This document shows positions 35,755 through 48,699 of a DNA stretch of 64,000 nucleotides, piece after piece. The position numbers and the translations under genes were made by a program. This stretch comes from Takakia lepidozioides. Taxonomy: Eukaryota; Plantae; Bryophyta. Position 1 is the stretch's first letter, and each line of letters opens with the position of its first letter. Below the pieces are notes generated by a model. It saw only the letters and a program-made list of their open reading frames with translations, was not told the origin of the DNA and made no database searches. The stretch spans positions 10,044,001 to 10,108,000 of the forward strand of contig CM060734.1 in NCBI GenBank assembly GCA_030704615.1. The letters are read 5' to 3'.

Positions 35755-36068
35755 ATTGATCAATGAAGGAGTTTACAAGCAATCATAGTAGCAATCATAG
35801 TAGCAGGTCAATTGCCAGTGAAGGAGTTGAAGACACCAGCCGCCATCACGCATCCCCAGGAAAAAACAAGCACGAGTATCGTACTGCTTAGGGTAGACGG
35901 AAGGCGACTAAGTTAAAACTCCCACGATTTCATCCGTTAGGGATAATATGTATCTCATCCATTAGGAAAGGCATCCAGAATGGATGTCATCCTACAGGGA
36001 TGAAAATAGTAGGTCATTCATTAGGGATAGAGCTCAAGACCATAAGTCAAAACCAAAAAAATATATAT

Positions 36069-37047
36069 CACTAGAAGGAAAACGCGGAATAACCACTATG
36101 TGAACCACTGGTTTTGAGTGGGAAATGACACTTAATCACTCCAAGCCTACCAGTGTTATAGAACTAGTGGATTTCGTGTCCCAGTGGTTAAAGACATAAC
36201 GTGTCACTAGTGGTTCAAGACAGTGGTCACTGCCACTGGCCCTAGGTCCACCTGTACGTTGACCTGTCACCAATGGTAAACTAGACACCGCTGACTTGTC
36301 ACAGTGGTAAACTAACTACTGAACAACATAGTGACTCGAACCACTGCCAACGGCTGTGACATGGACGCAACGAATCCGTCGATGATTTTAAGCAATATCA
36401 TGACACGTGTCCCTTTTCCATGGACACGTGGACGCAGAAAGACCGTCAATGAGACATGTGGCGTTATCAATGAAGGACACGAGTCACATTTTTGGTGTTA
36501 CGAAATGGATTCCATCAAAATTGCAATGACTTCAAAAACAACTGTGTGAGTGAGCAATAAATGACTCAAATATTGATATAATGAGAATTAACAATATATA
36601 GCACCACTGACATAGTGGTTATGTGAAACCCATTCAGTCATTCTGTACTCATTTCATGTAGTTTTAGATAGGTCAAGATTATTATTCACTGGTGTGAAAT
36701 ACAGGAATGACTCTAGTAGTAGTTTGTTAGACGTCTACCAGTATTCATCCAGTGGTCAGGTTGTATACTAAAACCATTGTCTCAGTCAATCTCTATGTCC
36801 CACTGAGTAGGGACTATGTATTGGGATGATTACTGACAAAGTGGTATTTAGTGATTTAGAATACAACTGGAGGAATACAAACAACTTTTACAATAAGTGA
36901 CTAATTCTACCAGTGGATTCGCCTACTGTCAAGGTCTTAAGAATACCACTAGTAGAGTGGTGTGTAAGTGATTAAGAATAGGACTGGAGGAACACATACC
37001 ACTACTATGGTGATATGTAAATGATTACGCATACCACTAGTGTAGTG
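36069..37047. mobile_element. Probable CACTA-type non-autonomous remnant with subterminal repeats
   Basis: Starts CACTAGAAGGAAAA, contains many ACCACT/AGTGGT motifs in both orientations and ends ...TAGTG. The two ends match only over 5 bp. Confidence 0.5.
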
Positions 37048-37079
37048 AAAGAAGAACCAATTGTGTTCATTTGGCTACT

Positions 37080-40000
37080 GTCGGTCTTCCCCCTAGCCTT
37101 TGTAAATGATGGAGCAAAGATGCATTGCCAATTTGGACAGGCCCACACATTGCAAGTGAATCTGCAAATCAAAATAGTCTTGAAGATTCAAACTTCAAAA
37201 AACATAATAGAACCCCAGAGAGTAAGTGCTGGAACAGAGTCAACAAAATCCAGCCATGATAAAAGGTCTTCTTCTACATCTACACATGTCTCCGTATGCA
37301 TGCTAAGAACACTGCACTACTTTCCTGCCTTATCCTCACTGCCAGCAATGTCTCTGCCCAAGCGAACCAAACTTCTAAGCCCTCTTCATGTGCTTCTCTG
37401 GCCAAAGACAATTCAAAGCTAGGACGTGATCCAACTCTGTTTGCGGTGGGTTCTCTTCCTCGTTAGGATAAGGCTGCAACAAATCTCTCTCATCTATCCC
37501 CGGCTCCCTGAGCTGGGTACTAACCTACTCAAGCTTCACCTGCCCCCTGGGCTGTCCTCTGCTTCACAAAGCAAATACTATACCCCCACTGACACACTCT
37601 GGGCCTCCACAGAATCTTCAGCCCCCCAAAGACCTCCCAAATCTACTCACTCATTACATCCCCTTGGGCAACTCTCACGTCTATATATCACCATGATCAA
37701 GACACTGATCACTACCAACCAACATGCCAAAATTCCAATAATACAACACGCATGGATGTACACACACATCAACCAACGTGCCAAAAGCCCACTAAAACAT
37801 CAGGCAAGGCTGCACACACCCATTTGCGGGACATACCCCAACCCACACACTTATCCTCTAATATCCAATGCTCATAAAATTACAACTCGTCGCCAGTTTA
37901 TAAGTGCATATAATCCAATTCACCCCCTTGTCATATCATGTGCGGTTAGACATACTGATCCACCTCAATATCCTAAATCCGCCCCCCGCACTCAAATAAA
38001 TCTCCCAAGTTATATGCTCCTGATGCATGCCCTTACCTTGTCCCCTTACAAATACATACAGACAAACTCCCTTTATTACACCTCTCATGTACTTAATTAA
38101 ACAGTTTAATGAAACCCCCCTGTCCAGCACAACCCACCCTCTCATCCCTCCACAACCCCCTCTCTTTCCCATATTCAAAGTATGTTCTGCCAACACTTGG
38201 TGGCGATCTGCCTTATCCCTTGCAAGTAAATTATCATCACAACACAGAGATGGTGCACCTCATTACACCCAGCCACCTCCAAATTCCCACCCAGTCATCA
38301 CTCTGGCACAAACACATAACGGCCACCATAAACGCACCCCAACACCACAGCCGTCACCCTTACTAGCATTACTCAGCTCCCGCCACATTCAGAAGAACGA
38401 AGGCATTGCCCACCATAGTAAGGGCCCCCGCTGCATTCCAACACCCCAGTCGCCGCTTCTGTTTCTGCAATAGTCTCAAGACCTCTCCCCACCTATCTCA
38501 CTCACTGTGCTTTACTTGACATTGCCATCTTCCTCCCTCCACACCTCTCCTACCCAAGACCCACGTACGCATGTCTAGCTCAAAGGCAGGGAGAATTCAA
38601 AAACTGGCAGGCAGCATACACAAACAATCCAGGTCCAAAGCCAGCATTGCCACACATAGCAAAACGGCTAGCGAATGTCTGCGCCCCACCCCCAAGTCCT
38701 CTACAAGGAATCAACAAATGGACGCTGACGAAGAGATGGAGCAGCTTCCCACTGGAGCCACTGACGTCAGCGACATGCACTCCTCCGACGAGCTCTTCTT
38801 CGCTCCAGAAGAAGCGTATCAGACTCGCTCCACACAAAGCCCCCCAAAGGCACAAGTCCAAGGCACGCCCAATAACGATGGCATTGCACCTCCACCGGCG
38901 GCAGCTACTCCCACGAAGCGGCGAACCCCCCCCCCCCCGCCCACAACGCTCACATCCCCTGTGGACTTGATGATGCTCAACATACGTTAATCAAAGCGCC
39001 AGTCGGATGTCTTCAACAGTGAGACGGACAGCAGCCATTCCGACCCCAAAAAATCAAGAGGTCTCCACCAGCAAGATCAACCCCGCGACGTGGCAACACC
39101 AAGCATACCAGGTCTCCCCCAACTCTGGCTTGGATACGAAGCGCTCAAACAACAAGCCATTGAATCACAGCTCCCTATCATTGTAGAAGAACAACGCTCG
39201 GGATTCGAGCTTCAGAGCCAGGGTCTCAGCACCCCTGAAATCTACAACTTGTAGAATTGCCTGAAGGTGTTCCCACATGTCCCACAGCTCCTGTTTCCCG
39301 CAACTAGACCAGACGGATGAGAGGGCCAATTCTACCCTCTCACCCAGTTACCAAAGGACACAGAAATTGATCCCATTTCTGGGATTTCGGCAGTCCCCCC
39401 CGCACATCTTTGACACCGACTTCGAGATGCCCAAAGAACAAGCTCTACTGAGAGCTCGCAAGCGATTCGAATCTATGAACATCCCACTCGGGACTGGGAT
39501 GTACTCACCCATCACGGCATACTCTAAGCACGGGAGCTCGACGTGGATTGGCCTCCTCAAGGTGGAGTTACTTCACCAGGCCACAGATGGCCTTGCCCTC
39601 TTAAAAGGCAACCGCCCATTTGTACTCAACATGGCCTCTGGCATGCCCAAGCAAGGGAAGGTCGAAAAGGCATTCGACCTCTCAGCGTCCATTGACTACC
39701 TCTCATTGTACCTGGCAAGCAAAGTCCTCCAAGGAACGATCGGCAGCACTTACCAGGCACCTGATCACAGAAACATACTTACACAACAACGAATTCGAAA
39801 TCATGCACGTCGCCAAGACAGGACTAGACACAAAATTCTGCTTCATTTACTTAGCTACGGATGACACCAAAACACGAATGCTTGCCCATGGAGTACGCTT
39901 CAAGCACATGCTCCTCAAGCCACAGCTTCGCACAAGACGAACAAGTATGACCGGCATTACTGCCACCCCACAAGAAATCACTGCGGAGCGGGATGCCCTC

Positions 40001-42136
40001 ACCTTGATGGTGAAGAATCTCAACCCACTGCATCCACAAGCAGAGACCGAAGCAGCAATTCGCAAGCTGATGGGCACCGACAACGTTGAAAGCCTGCACT
40101 TCAACAAGATTTCCAGAACTGAGAAAGTTCGCAACAATGGTATGATCCTTATCACCTGCAAAAATCCGAGCATTTACACTCAGTGGAGTAATAGACCCCC
40201 CACCCTTGTAATTCACAGGCTGGTGCATTTTGAACCGCACACGCGTAGCTTAAATGGCTCGGAGCCACCTGCGGCAAAAATTCTAGACAGACTACGAGTG
40301 GCCAATATAAATCAAGCCCTGGCGAACACCATCAACTCGATCACCATCAAACCAGATACAAAATTCAAAGGAACCCAAGATTTCATGCTGACAGAGATCG
40401 ACAGACGGCTCGCCGCCCATGCCATCTCCTTCAAATCTGACATCAAGCAAGATATTGAAGCCATGGAGAGCAGAGTCGCCATCACCATGACTGCCCAACA
40501 GGATTCGCATCATGACTACCTGGTAAAGCTCCAAGACTCTATCACCAAGAACATGGCAGTCAATCTGGCAAGCTTCTATGAACACGCCAACAAATATCTT
40601 GCGCAACTACCACTCCCGGGCCTTCCCTCTACGACGACAGGGCACCAAGCCCTTGGCAATGCCGCATCTACGCACGCCAATGGTAACAAGTCTACAGCGA
40701 TTATCGAACTGCCACCGATCACCCCTCCCCGATATGATGTTGCTGGCAGTATTATCGGAAAAGCCCCCGCCTTGCTGTTGGCGGGCCCGTCGCAGCACCC
40801 ACACCAAGTCGTCCACAGCCCAAGCATCCCGCCCGCCACTTTTGCATAAACCTGCAGCAATGTCACACGGCTACCAGGGGCCCTGGGCCTCTCTCCTTCA
40901 TGACCTCTGCCTCCTCGTTCATTATACACTCTCTCTATTTTCAATTCTGGCCCTGTGCCAAGCTAATTTTGTATTCTCCTCACCTGATAATCAGATCTGT
41001 TTCCCCAATCTCTCTACCAACTCTCCCTATGTACACCCATCTTCCCTCTCTCACCTGCGTCACACTTCTCCCCTGCTACTCCTTCCTAATCGTCACCGTC
41101 TCCCTTGAACACCACAATCTGCACTGCACACACTCTCTACACTACTGTTCACTCTCATGCCAGGCCATCCTAATCCAACCCCGCCCGTAACGCACATCTC
41201 GTCTATCTGCTCGTACCCGGAAAGCACCACCCACCCCACGCCCCACACGTGGCGACGCCCTACCCTAAACACGTCTCCCCTCCAATTCAAATCACAACTC
41301 CTAGGTAGCCCACCCCTCCTCATCCAACCTACAGATCTCATCCATCCACCACCACCATACATACACATCCTTCAACCACATCCCCCTACCCTAGCGACGT
41401 CACATACGTGGCCTGGCCGCCCCCCGCACTTACTCATCCACTACGTTCACCCCACCACACCAGCACGATCCGTGCTGTTCAGCACGTCTCCCAAGCCATT
41501 CATCCACACTCATTACATTCATCCTTTCAATCCAATGCCCTTACCCCCAATGCCCTCCTGCCCCACCCTCTCCCACATATCACAACTCCCTGCCCATAGA
41601 TACCGCCGACCTACCAAATGCATATATCACCCCTGTTATGAACATACATACAACCCAACCCCCTCCATCCACCTTTCACCACACCACCCAGCCACCAGTT
41701 CCACCGACACGCACACCACCCCATACATGGTCATACCCAACCTACATTCAGCCGCTGCTTACCCCCTTCTTAGCCTCACACACGCTACCCCATCCCCCAC
41801 AACTTCCCTCATAACGCATTGCCCCCACAGCCAATATAAACTACAACCATTTGCATCCACACACTCTCTACATCACCCTCCATCGCACCAAAACCAATTT
41901 AAACTCGCATGTGACGCACTTCTCCTTATAAGATGTGGGGACATACATCCTAACCCGGGCCCAGGTAATATCACTAGCATCATTAATACCCTCCCTCTCG
42001 ACTCTAGATACACTCTCTACTTCCAAACAAACACGGTCTCACTTCAACCGGCACATCAACGTATCTACGAACACTTCAGACATTTTCTCGTCTCTGTCGA
42101 GCGGCTTTTACTCACCCATCCCTTCGCTATTCGAGG
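37080..42136 (+). mobile_element. 5' part of a LINE-like element: C/A-rich UTR, frameshifted ORF1 (~38571-40849) with RRM-like domain, start of ORF2 with 2A-like motif; truncated by an LTR
   Basis: TLMVKNLNP...AIRKLMG..NVESLHF...GMILITCKN (RRM-like), a coiled-coil-like tail, LLLIRCGDIHPNPGP at 41919-41963 and strong C+A strand bias. No RT is visible, so the clade is unassigned. Confidence 0.6.
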
Positions 42137-43013
42137 TGGAAACTCCAAGATAGAAAAGTTGGATATCTCTAAGCACTCAGCCCGCTCAGAACAATCAGTC
42201 ATGACCTACAGCTAGTGAATCATGAGGGTACTTCCTATTTGTATTCATTCTCGCATTCATATTAGCAAGTTACCTTCATTCTACAGCTTCACTCAGGTCT
42301 CTCTACACCGTGTGAGTATGGAATATGTATCAGATTAATAACTATCAAGTATCAGGCCGAAGCCATGGTGTCTCTATTCTACTCTACAGTATAACTCTAC
42401 AGCTTGCATGAATCAAGTATCAATAGTTCGTGTCTCCTCCTCCACTGCGCTCTCCATCCCTCAGCTTCAGATCGTCCTTCTCTCCCCGATGACCACCAGA
42501 AGTGTGTCCCTCTCCTTGTTGCTACTCCGCCTATTCTACCTACAAGCTGTTCTAACCGCCTAACTAACAAACTGTCATCCAGACAGAGTGTATGTTCCCT
42601 CTGTAGATGTCGTTCCCACACAGTCGTTCCCTGCCATGGTAACCGTTCCCTGTGTACGCTGTAAAAGGTTGTGCCAAGCTGTGTCGAGCTGTGACTGTGC
42701 CGAGCTGTGACTGGCTATGTGAAGCTGTGTCGGGCTGTGACTGACTGTGTGAAGCTGTGTCGGGCTGTGACTGACTGTGTGAAGCTGTGTCGGGTTGTGA
42801 TAGACTGTGATAGGCTGTGTAAGGCTGCAACAGGCTGTGATAAGCTGTATCAAGCTGTGTCTAACTGTGTAAGGCTGTGACTGACTGTGTAAGCTTGTCT
42901 ACCACCTCTAAGGCCTGTGTTGGTCTAAGTCTACCATCCGTAAGTCTGCGCAAAAATTAAGGGTACCCCACAGAACCCATAAAATTGTCTAAGTCCCAGA
43001 CAGCCCTCTAACA
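42137..43013 (-). repeat. LTR of a second Gypsy family (~877 bp) with adjacent polypurine tract
   Basis: Minus strand reads GAGAGGGGGAGGGATAA|TGTTAGAG...GTTTCCA. Internal 30-bp tandem GCTGTGACTGACTGTGTGAAGCTGTGTCGG at ~42670-42900. Confidence 0.75.
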
Positions 43014-43165
43014 TTATCCCTCCCCCTCTCAAAAAACCGTGTCCTCACGGTTTACTGTTTAGGATCAGCAAACCTCTGTGAACGAGGACCCTTCTGTCGG
43101 TGAGAGTCCCGTGGAGGGCTTGGAGGGACATGGTGGTGCCCATGGTGGTGTGCACGGGAGATTAC

Positions 43166-46100
43166 GATTGGCCATCCGTAGTAGGTCGGAAGGCCGTACT
43201 CATCTTGAGTCTCGTCCCCATCTTCTTCCAAAGTGCCCTCCAAAATTTACTTGTAAACTTTGAATCGCGGTCCGAGACAATATCCTTCGGGAGCCCATGA
43301 TGCTTGAAGACGTGGGCGAAGTAAAGTCGCCCAGTCTCCTGCGCCGTTGTCGTCTCATTGGTGGGATGAAATGGCCCATTTTACTGAACCTATCCACCAC
43401 CACCATGATTGCATCAAATCATTTTGACAGCGGCATGGCAGTCATGAAATCCATCGAGACGCTTTCCCAAGACCCCTCTGGAATCGGCAAAGGTTGTAAC
43501 AGCCCCGCTTGCTTTTTGTACTCGCTCCGGTTTTGTTGGCATGTGGTGCATGTCTTGACATACTCCTCGGCCTCCTCCCTTAGTTTGGGCCAGAAATACT
43601 CTTTCTTCAAGAGTACCGCGGTGCGTTTGGCTCTGTCGTGGCCCGCAAGCAGGCCATCGTGGCATTCTCTCAAGAGACCATCTCTAATCCCTCCCTTCGG
43701 CACATAGAGGCGCTTTTGCTTGTACCCGAGCAGTCCATTGTGCAACTGGAACTGCGATTTAACTCCCATCCTCAAGTCCCGCATTACGGACTTCGTCATC
43801 TCATCCTTCCAGTAAGCCTTCTGGATCTTCCTTTGGAGCGTCGTCTCGCCCCTGTACACCAACATGAACTGCTGCTTTCTACTTAAAGCATCGGCCACCA
43901 CATTGTCCCGTCCCGGTTTTTACTGGATATCCACGTCGAACACTGCCAAAGTGTCTTGCCACCTAAGTTGTTTTGGGGACAACTTAGGCTGCGTGGCAAA
44001 ATACTTCACCGTGACATTGTCCGTGAACACCTTCACCGGGTTGGAGCCAACATAGTGGCGCCAAAGCTCAAGGCAATGCACCACCGCCTTCATTTCTTTC
44101 TCGTGCGAAGGCCACCGTCGCTCCACTTCATTCAGTTTCTTACTTTTATAAACCACTGGACGTCCATCCTGCATGAGCACACCCCCAATTACGAAATCCG
44201 ACGCATCTGTATGAATCTCAGATGGACGGTCGAACTCCGGGATTTTCAGGACTGGAGCTTCCGCCATCCGCTGCTTCAACTCGGCAAAAGCTTGGGCACA
44301 AAATGTGTTCCATACCCATACCTTGACTTACACAGAAGGTCTGACAGCGGCCCCGCGATCTTGGCGAAATTTCTCACATACTTTCGGTAATAGGAGGCGA
44401 GTCCTAGGAAGGATCGCACTCCCGGGACCGAAGTCGGAGGCTCCCAGTCCAAGATCGCCCTCACCTTTCTATCATCCATTTTGATCTCATCCTATGTAAT
44501 CACATGCCCTAGGAACTCCACTTTTGTGACCCCGAATTCGCACTTTGAAGCTTTGGAATACAGCTTCCCTTCCCGCAATTTCTGGAACAACCCTTTGAGG
44601 TGCTTCAGGTGCTCTTCCTTTGTTTTTGAGTACACCAAAATGTTGTCGATGTACACGATCACAAAGTCATCCAACCACTCTTGGAAAAGTCTGTTCATTA
44701 GCGTGCTAAAGGTTGCTGGTGCATTGGTGAGCCCAGAAGACATCACCAAGAACTCATATGAACCATATCTTGTCATGTACGCGGTCTTCTCCTCATCTCT
44801 TTCTGCCACTTTGATGGTAGCCGTTATTCATAGCCCTGTAATCGACACACATCCGCAGCGTCCCATCCTTCTTGTCTGCGAATAGCACTGGGGCTCCGTA
44901 GGGTGACTTACTCGGCCGGAACCTTTGACATTAGATCCTTGAGCTGAACTCCTCTCCGCGGTGGCAAGCCGCTTGGTAAATCCTCCGGCATCACATCCTG
45001 GTATTTCTCCAAGATCCCCTCGATCCAATTTGGGCTCGGCTCCCTGTCGCCTTCTCCCTCCACTTGTCTTACATAAAGCAAAAATTGGGGCTTGTGTGGC
45101 TCCTCCACGGCCCACTCCTTTGCTAACAACAGGTTTATTCGCCCTCCCACTGGGTTGGCCGTTTCCGACACCCGTAACACTTTGCCACCATTCCCACACG
45201 GTAGCGTGACTATTCATTTACGGCCATCTATGACCACTCCGGATTTGCTCAAAAAGGTCATCCCCAAAATGAGATTCACTCCATCAATCTCGCAAATGGT
45301 GAAGTTCTCACGTCCTCCCAATTCCCGAGCTGAAGAAGAACATCGAAGGCCAACCTCGTCGCCAATTGTGGTTCTCCTTTGGCAGAACGCATTTCAATAG
45401 AGGCCCCCACGTCACTGTCGGGAGCCCTAGCTTCCGTGCCGTTACCGGTGTCATGAAGGAGTGCGACACTCATGTGTCCACTAACAACGATACGTTAGTT
45501 CCGGAAATTATCCCACTCAGGAACATTAACTGACTCCCTTTACGCAAGGGGCTAGTCTCCTGATACAACTCGCAAGAGTAGTTGCCTACCTTGTAAGTCT
45601 TGGTGACCACCGCTTCCACCAAGCGGCTGATGGAATCTTCGGACAGCTCCGTGGTCGCCCGAGTCATGTTCAATTGTCAGGGTTTCATGCACTTCTTAGC
45701 CATGTGCCCGGGCTCCCCGCAATTAAAGCACACTCCATCGAAGGTCACTTTTTGTCCGCCATAAGCAGCCGCACTTGATTTTCTTTTCGGAGCACCGGGT
45801 GCCGCCTTGACGTGTGAAGGCCCTCCCTTTGATTTCCATGTGCAATTGTCACCGCGTCGCCTATCCCACTCCTCTTCCGGTCGGAAGGAGTCACCCTCCC
45901 GCCGGGTCTTCTTGTGGTTTAGCTCCGTACGGCCTTGTCTTTCGCCCCTAGGGACATCCGAGAAAAATTCAGCCCTTTCAATTGTCTCGTTCAAAAATTT
46001 TGGTGGCCTTTCCTCTAACTTCCGCCTGGCCCATGGGGCCAGTCCCGCCACAAAGTTGAAGACCATTTCTGGTTCCGCCATATCCGCGACTTCGAGCAAC

Positions 46101-47350
46101 AGCACATTGAAAGCGTGAACATATTCCCGAATGTCATCCGTTTGCTTCAAGTTCATCATCTTGTCCTAGGCGAGCCAGGACGCGTTGAAAGGCACAAACT
46201 GTCTTTTCAAAAGTTCCTTGAACCCACTCTAGTTCAAGGTTTCTAGGTTTGGCCCTTAGTCATGAAGGCGCTTCTGCCACCATTGTTGAGCATAGCCCCT
46301 CAAATAGGTGGGCGCCACTTCCACCCGATCCTCGTCACTCAACTTGGCCGCTCGGAAGTACTGCTCCAGCGCCAAGAGCCAGGTGTTGAGTGCCTTCCAA
46401 TTTTGGACGCTCTCAAAGGTGTCGGGTTCCTTAGGCTTCACCTTAAACTTTGCCTTAATGGAAGTGACATTAGTCGCCCTCATCACGTCTTTCAGCGTCC
46501 TGCCAAACTGCGTCAACAACCCTTCCCAAAAGGTTGCTGGCATAAGGAGCATCTGTTGGTCTGGCGGAGCCTCGGGAAGTCCTCGGGCTCCGACTCCCAA
46601 AATTCCTCCCGTTCTTGAGCGGCCTCACTTTCAGAAGCATGAATCGTCTCTTCCAATTTCCGCTTCGGTGACACGTCGCCCCCACCGGGCTCACCAGGAT
46701 CATCATCTTTCGGGCTGTTCCGCTTTCGTTTTGCCTTGCCCGACCCCATGATGAGGCCGATCTCAAGAACGATCGCGTACTGAACTCTAAGCTCTGATAC
46801 TAAGTGTCGCGCACCTCACTTCGGTAAGCTCCCCCTTCAAGTCATAGTTACTCGCTTTGATGCGCGCGCCTAACTCCCAAACTGGCCGCCGGGCCAACTC
46901 GGAGCTTTGGCTGCTCACCGGGACATAATGGTCCCCCTTTACTCCTCCACCAGACCCTCGCTCAATTTTAGCATGTTGGAAATTCCCTTTGGTTGTCGGC
47001 AGTCCGGAACAGCTCGGTTCTAGAATCGAGGGTTTTCGTGGTGGTTTGCCATAAAATGACTGGGTTGTTTGTGAAACCCCCGCGGACAGTCACAAAAGTA
47101 TATATAGTGAGTAGTAACCCCGAGAACGGTGCAAGCCCGTTGGTGACCAAAAATTACTGAGTAAGCGTACGAGCCGGAAAGCGACCAAGGTGTGGGGAGC
47201 TGTTCCGGACTGCCAACAACCAAAGGGAATTTCCACTAGGCCCAAATTAAGCGAGGGTCCGGTGGAGGAGTAAAGGGGGACCGTTATGTCCCAGTGAGCA
47301 GCCGAAGCTCCGAGTTGGCCCGGCGGCCAGTTTGGGAGTTAGGCGCGCGC
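43166..47350 (-). mobile_element. Second copy of the chromovirus: rearranged 5' LTR (46805-47350), PBS (46791-46802) and degenerate gag-pol truncated within integrase
   Basis: Colinear and highly similar to ~7883-11930, with small deletions in RT. Homology ends at ~43166. Confidence 0.93.
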
Positions 47351-47490
47351 TTGGGCTTTTGGAATTGCAACACCTGCAATTCGTTTTTAAATGCTCAAGT
47401 GTTTCTGTTGATGGTATGTACCAAGGGTGGTGTTTGTCCTGGTTTTTTTTTTTTTTTTAAAAACAAGACTCCTTCAATGATGAATGACAT

Positions 47491-47856
47491 CTGAATCCAG
47501 GGTGATGGTTGTCTTGGAAATCCCACCCTCCCACCCTAACTTTTCATGTACTTTCAAGAAGATGACATGAGTTTCTATCAAGTAAGATCCTGTCTATGCG
47601 AGGTGAAGTTAGATAGTGCTTTGTCATGAGGCTGATTTGTCTTTATTTGACAATGACAGCACTTGTCTTGTCTGTGCCTTGACAAGACATATTTATCTTC
47701 CCTCTGTTTTTTGCCCAGTGTACTTAGTGGTTTCTGTACACACTATCTACCTCTCACTTGTCATTTTCCAGTCTTCTTACTTTGATGTTCTAACACCTTT
47801 AATGGCTTTTGCAGAGGTCTGGCAAAGCCATGGGGTATCAACCCCCTATACCTCCA
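47491..47856 (-). repeat. Inverted homolog of 34255-34645
   Basis: Reverse-complement similarity over ~370 bp. Confidence 0.85.
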
Positions 47857-48699
47857 TAACAATAATATGGAGCAACAAATCCCTCATAAGGTATGATCCT
47901 CTCCAGCAAAAATATGTTGGTTGATTGGGCATGGAGAGTAAGGCATCCTTGATGGTACCTGAAATAAACATAGAACATCTAAATGACTTCTGAATGATGA
48001 TATTCTGAGCTAGGCCCTAGTAAGACAGCCTGCTAGAGTATATGTACTGTACACCTTATACATGATTCGGTCAGTGCACATTACTCCTGTTAGCTGGTCT
48101 CCTGTAGCCGATGCCTTATGTCAGTTTTAGATACCTTATGATATGAGTGACTTCCGTGTCCTTGGCTCAAGTGCTTCCATGTTTCTCCTGGTTATGGCTT
48201 TGCTCTTTGTAGCACCAAAAAAAATACCCAATCTTACTATGTTGCTGGAAGATGGCTTGTTTGAATCAGGGGCAGTAGACTACTGCCAGTGGCTGAAGAA
48301 CACAAGTTCTTATTTATACCTTTGGGTAAATTGGTTCTAACCAAAAAGTTGGCTGATATGGTGGGAAGATGTGCAGTAGTCTGTTGCCATTGGTTGAAGA
48401 ACACCTGTAATTTCTGAACTCTTGCCAAGTTTGAATTATGTTGTGCCAATGTTCACTCGTAATCTGAGAGCAGAGAGAATGCAGGCATTTTATCCATTTG
48501 GTATTCAAGTCCAAGGATAGAACTACATTGTAGAGGGAGAGCCTTACGAGAATGGGTCTAGTATGCGCACTCCCTTACGGGGTGAGTGCATACCAAACTC
48601 ACTCCATAAGGGACTGCCATACCAGGGGTTGGATGGTGGGTGCCCCCTCTCTCCCTCTCTCCAATTATCTGTTTGGGATTAACGATTTTTTTCCTTAGC

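Noticed and set aside
37426-38473. 224-aa and 148-aa ORFs
   Set aside because: Low-complexity frames in C/A-biased UTR-like sequence, with no motifs.
42564-42853. HSQSQPDTAS repeat protein
   Set aside because: Translation of the 30-bp tandem inside an LTR.
48563-48595. Hairpin as a Helitron 3' end or terminator
   Set aside because: No CTRR terminus at the expected distance and no supporting element.
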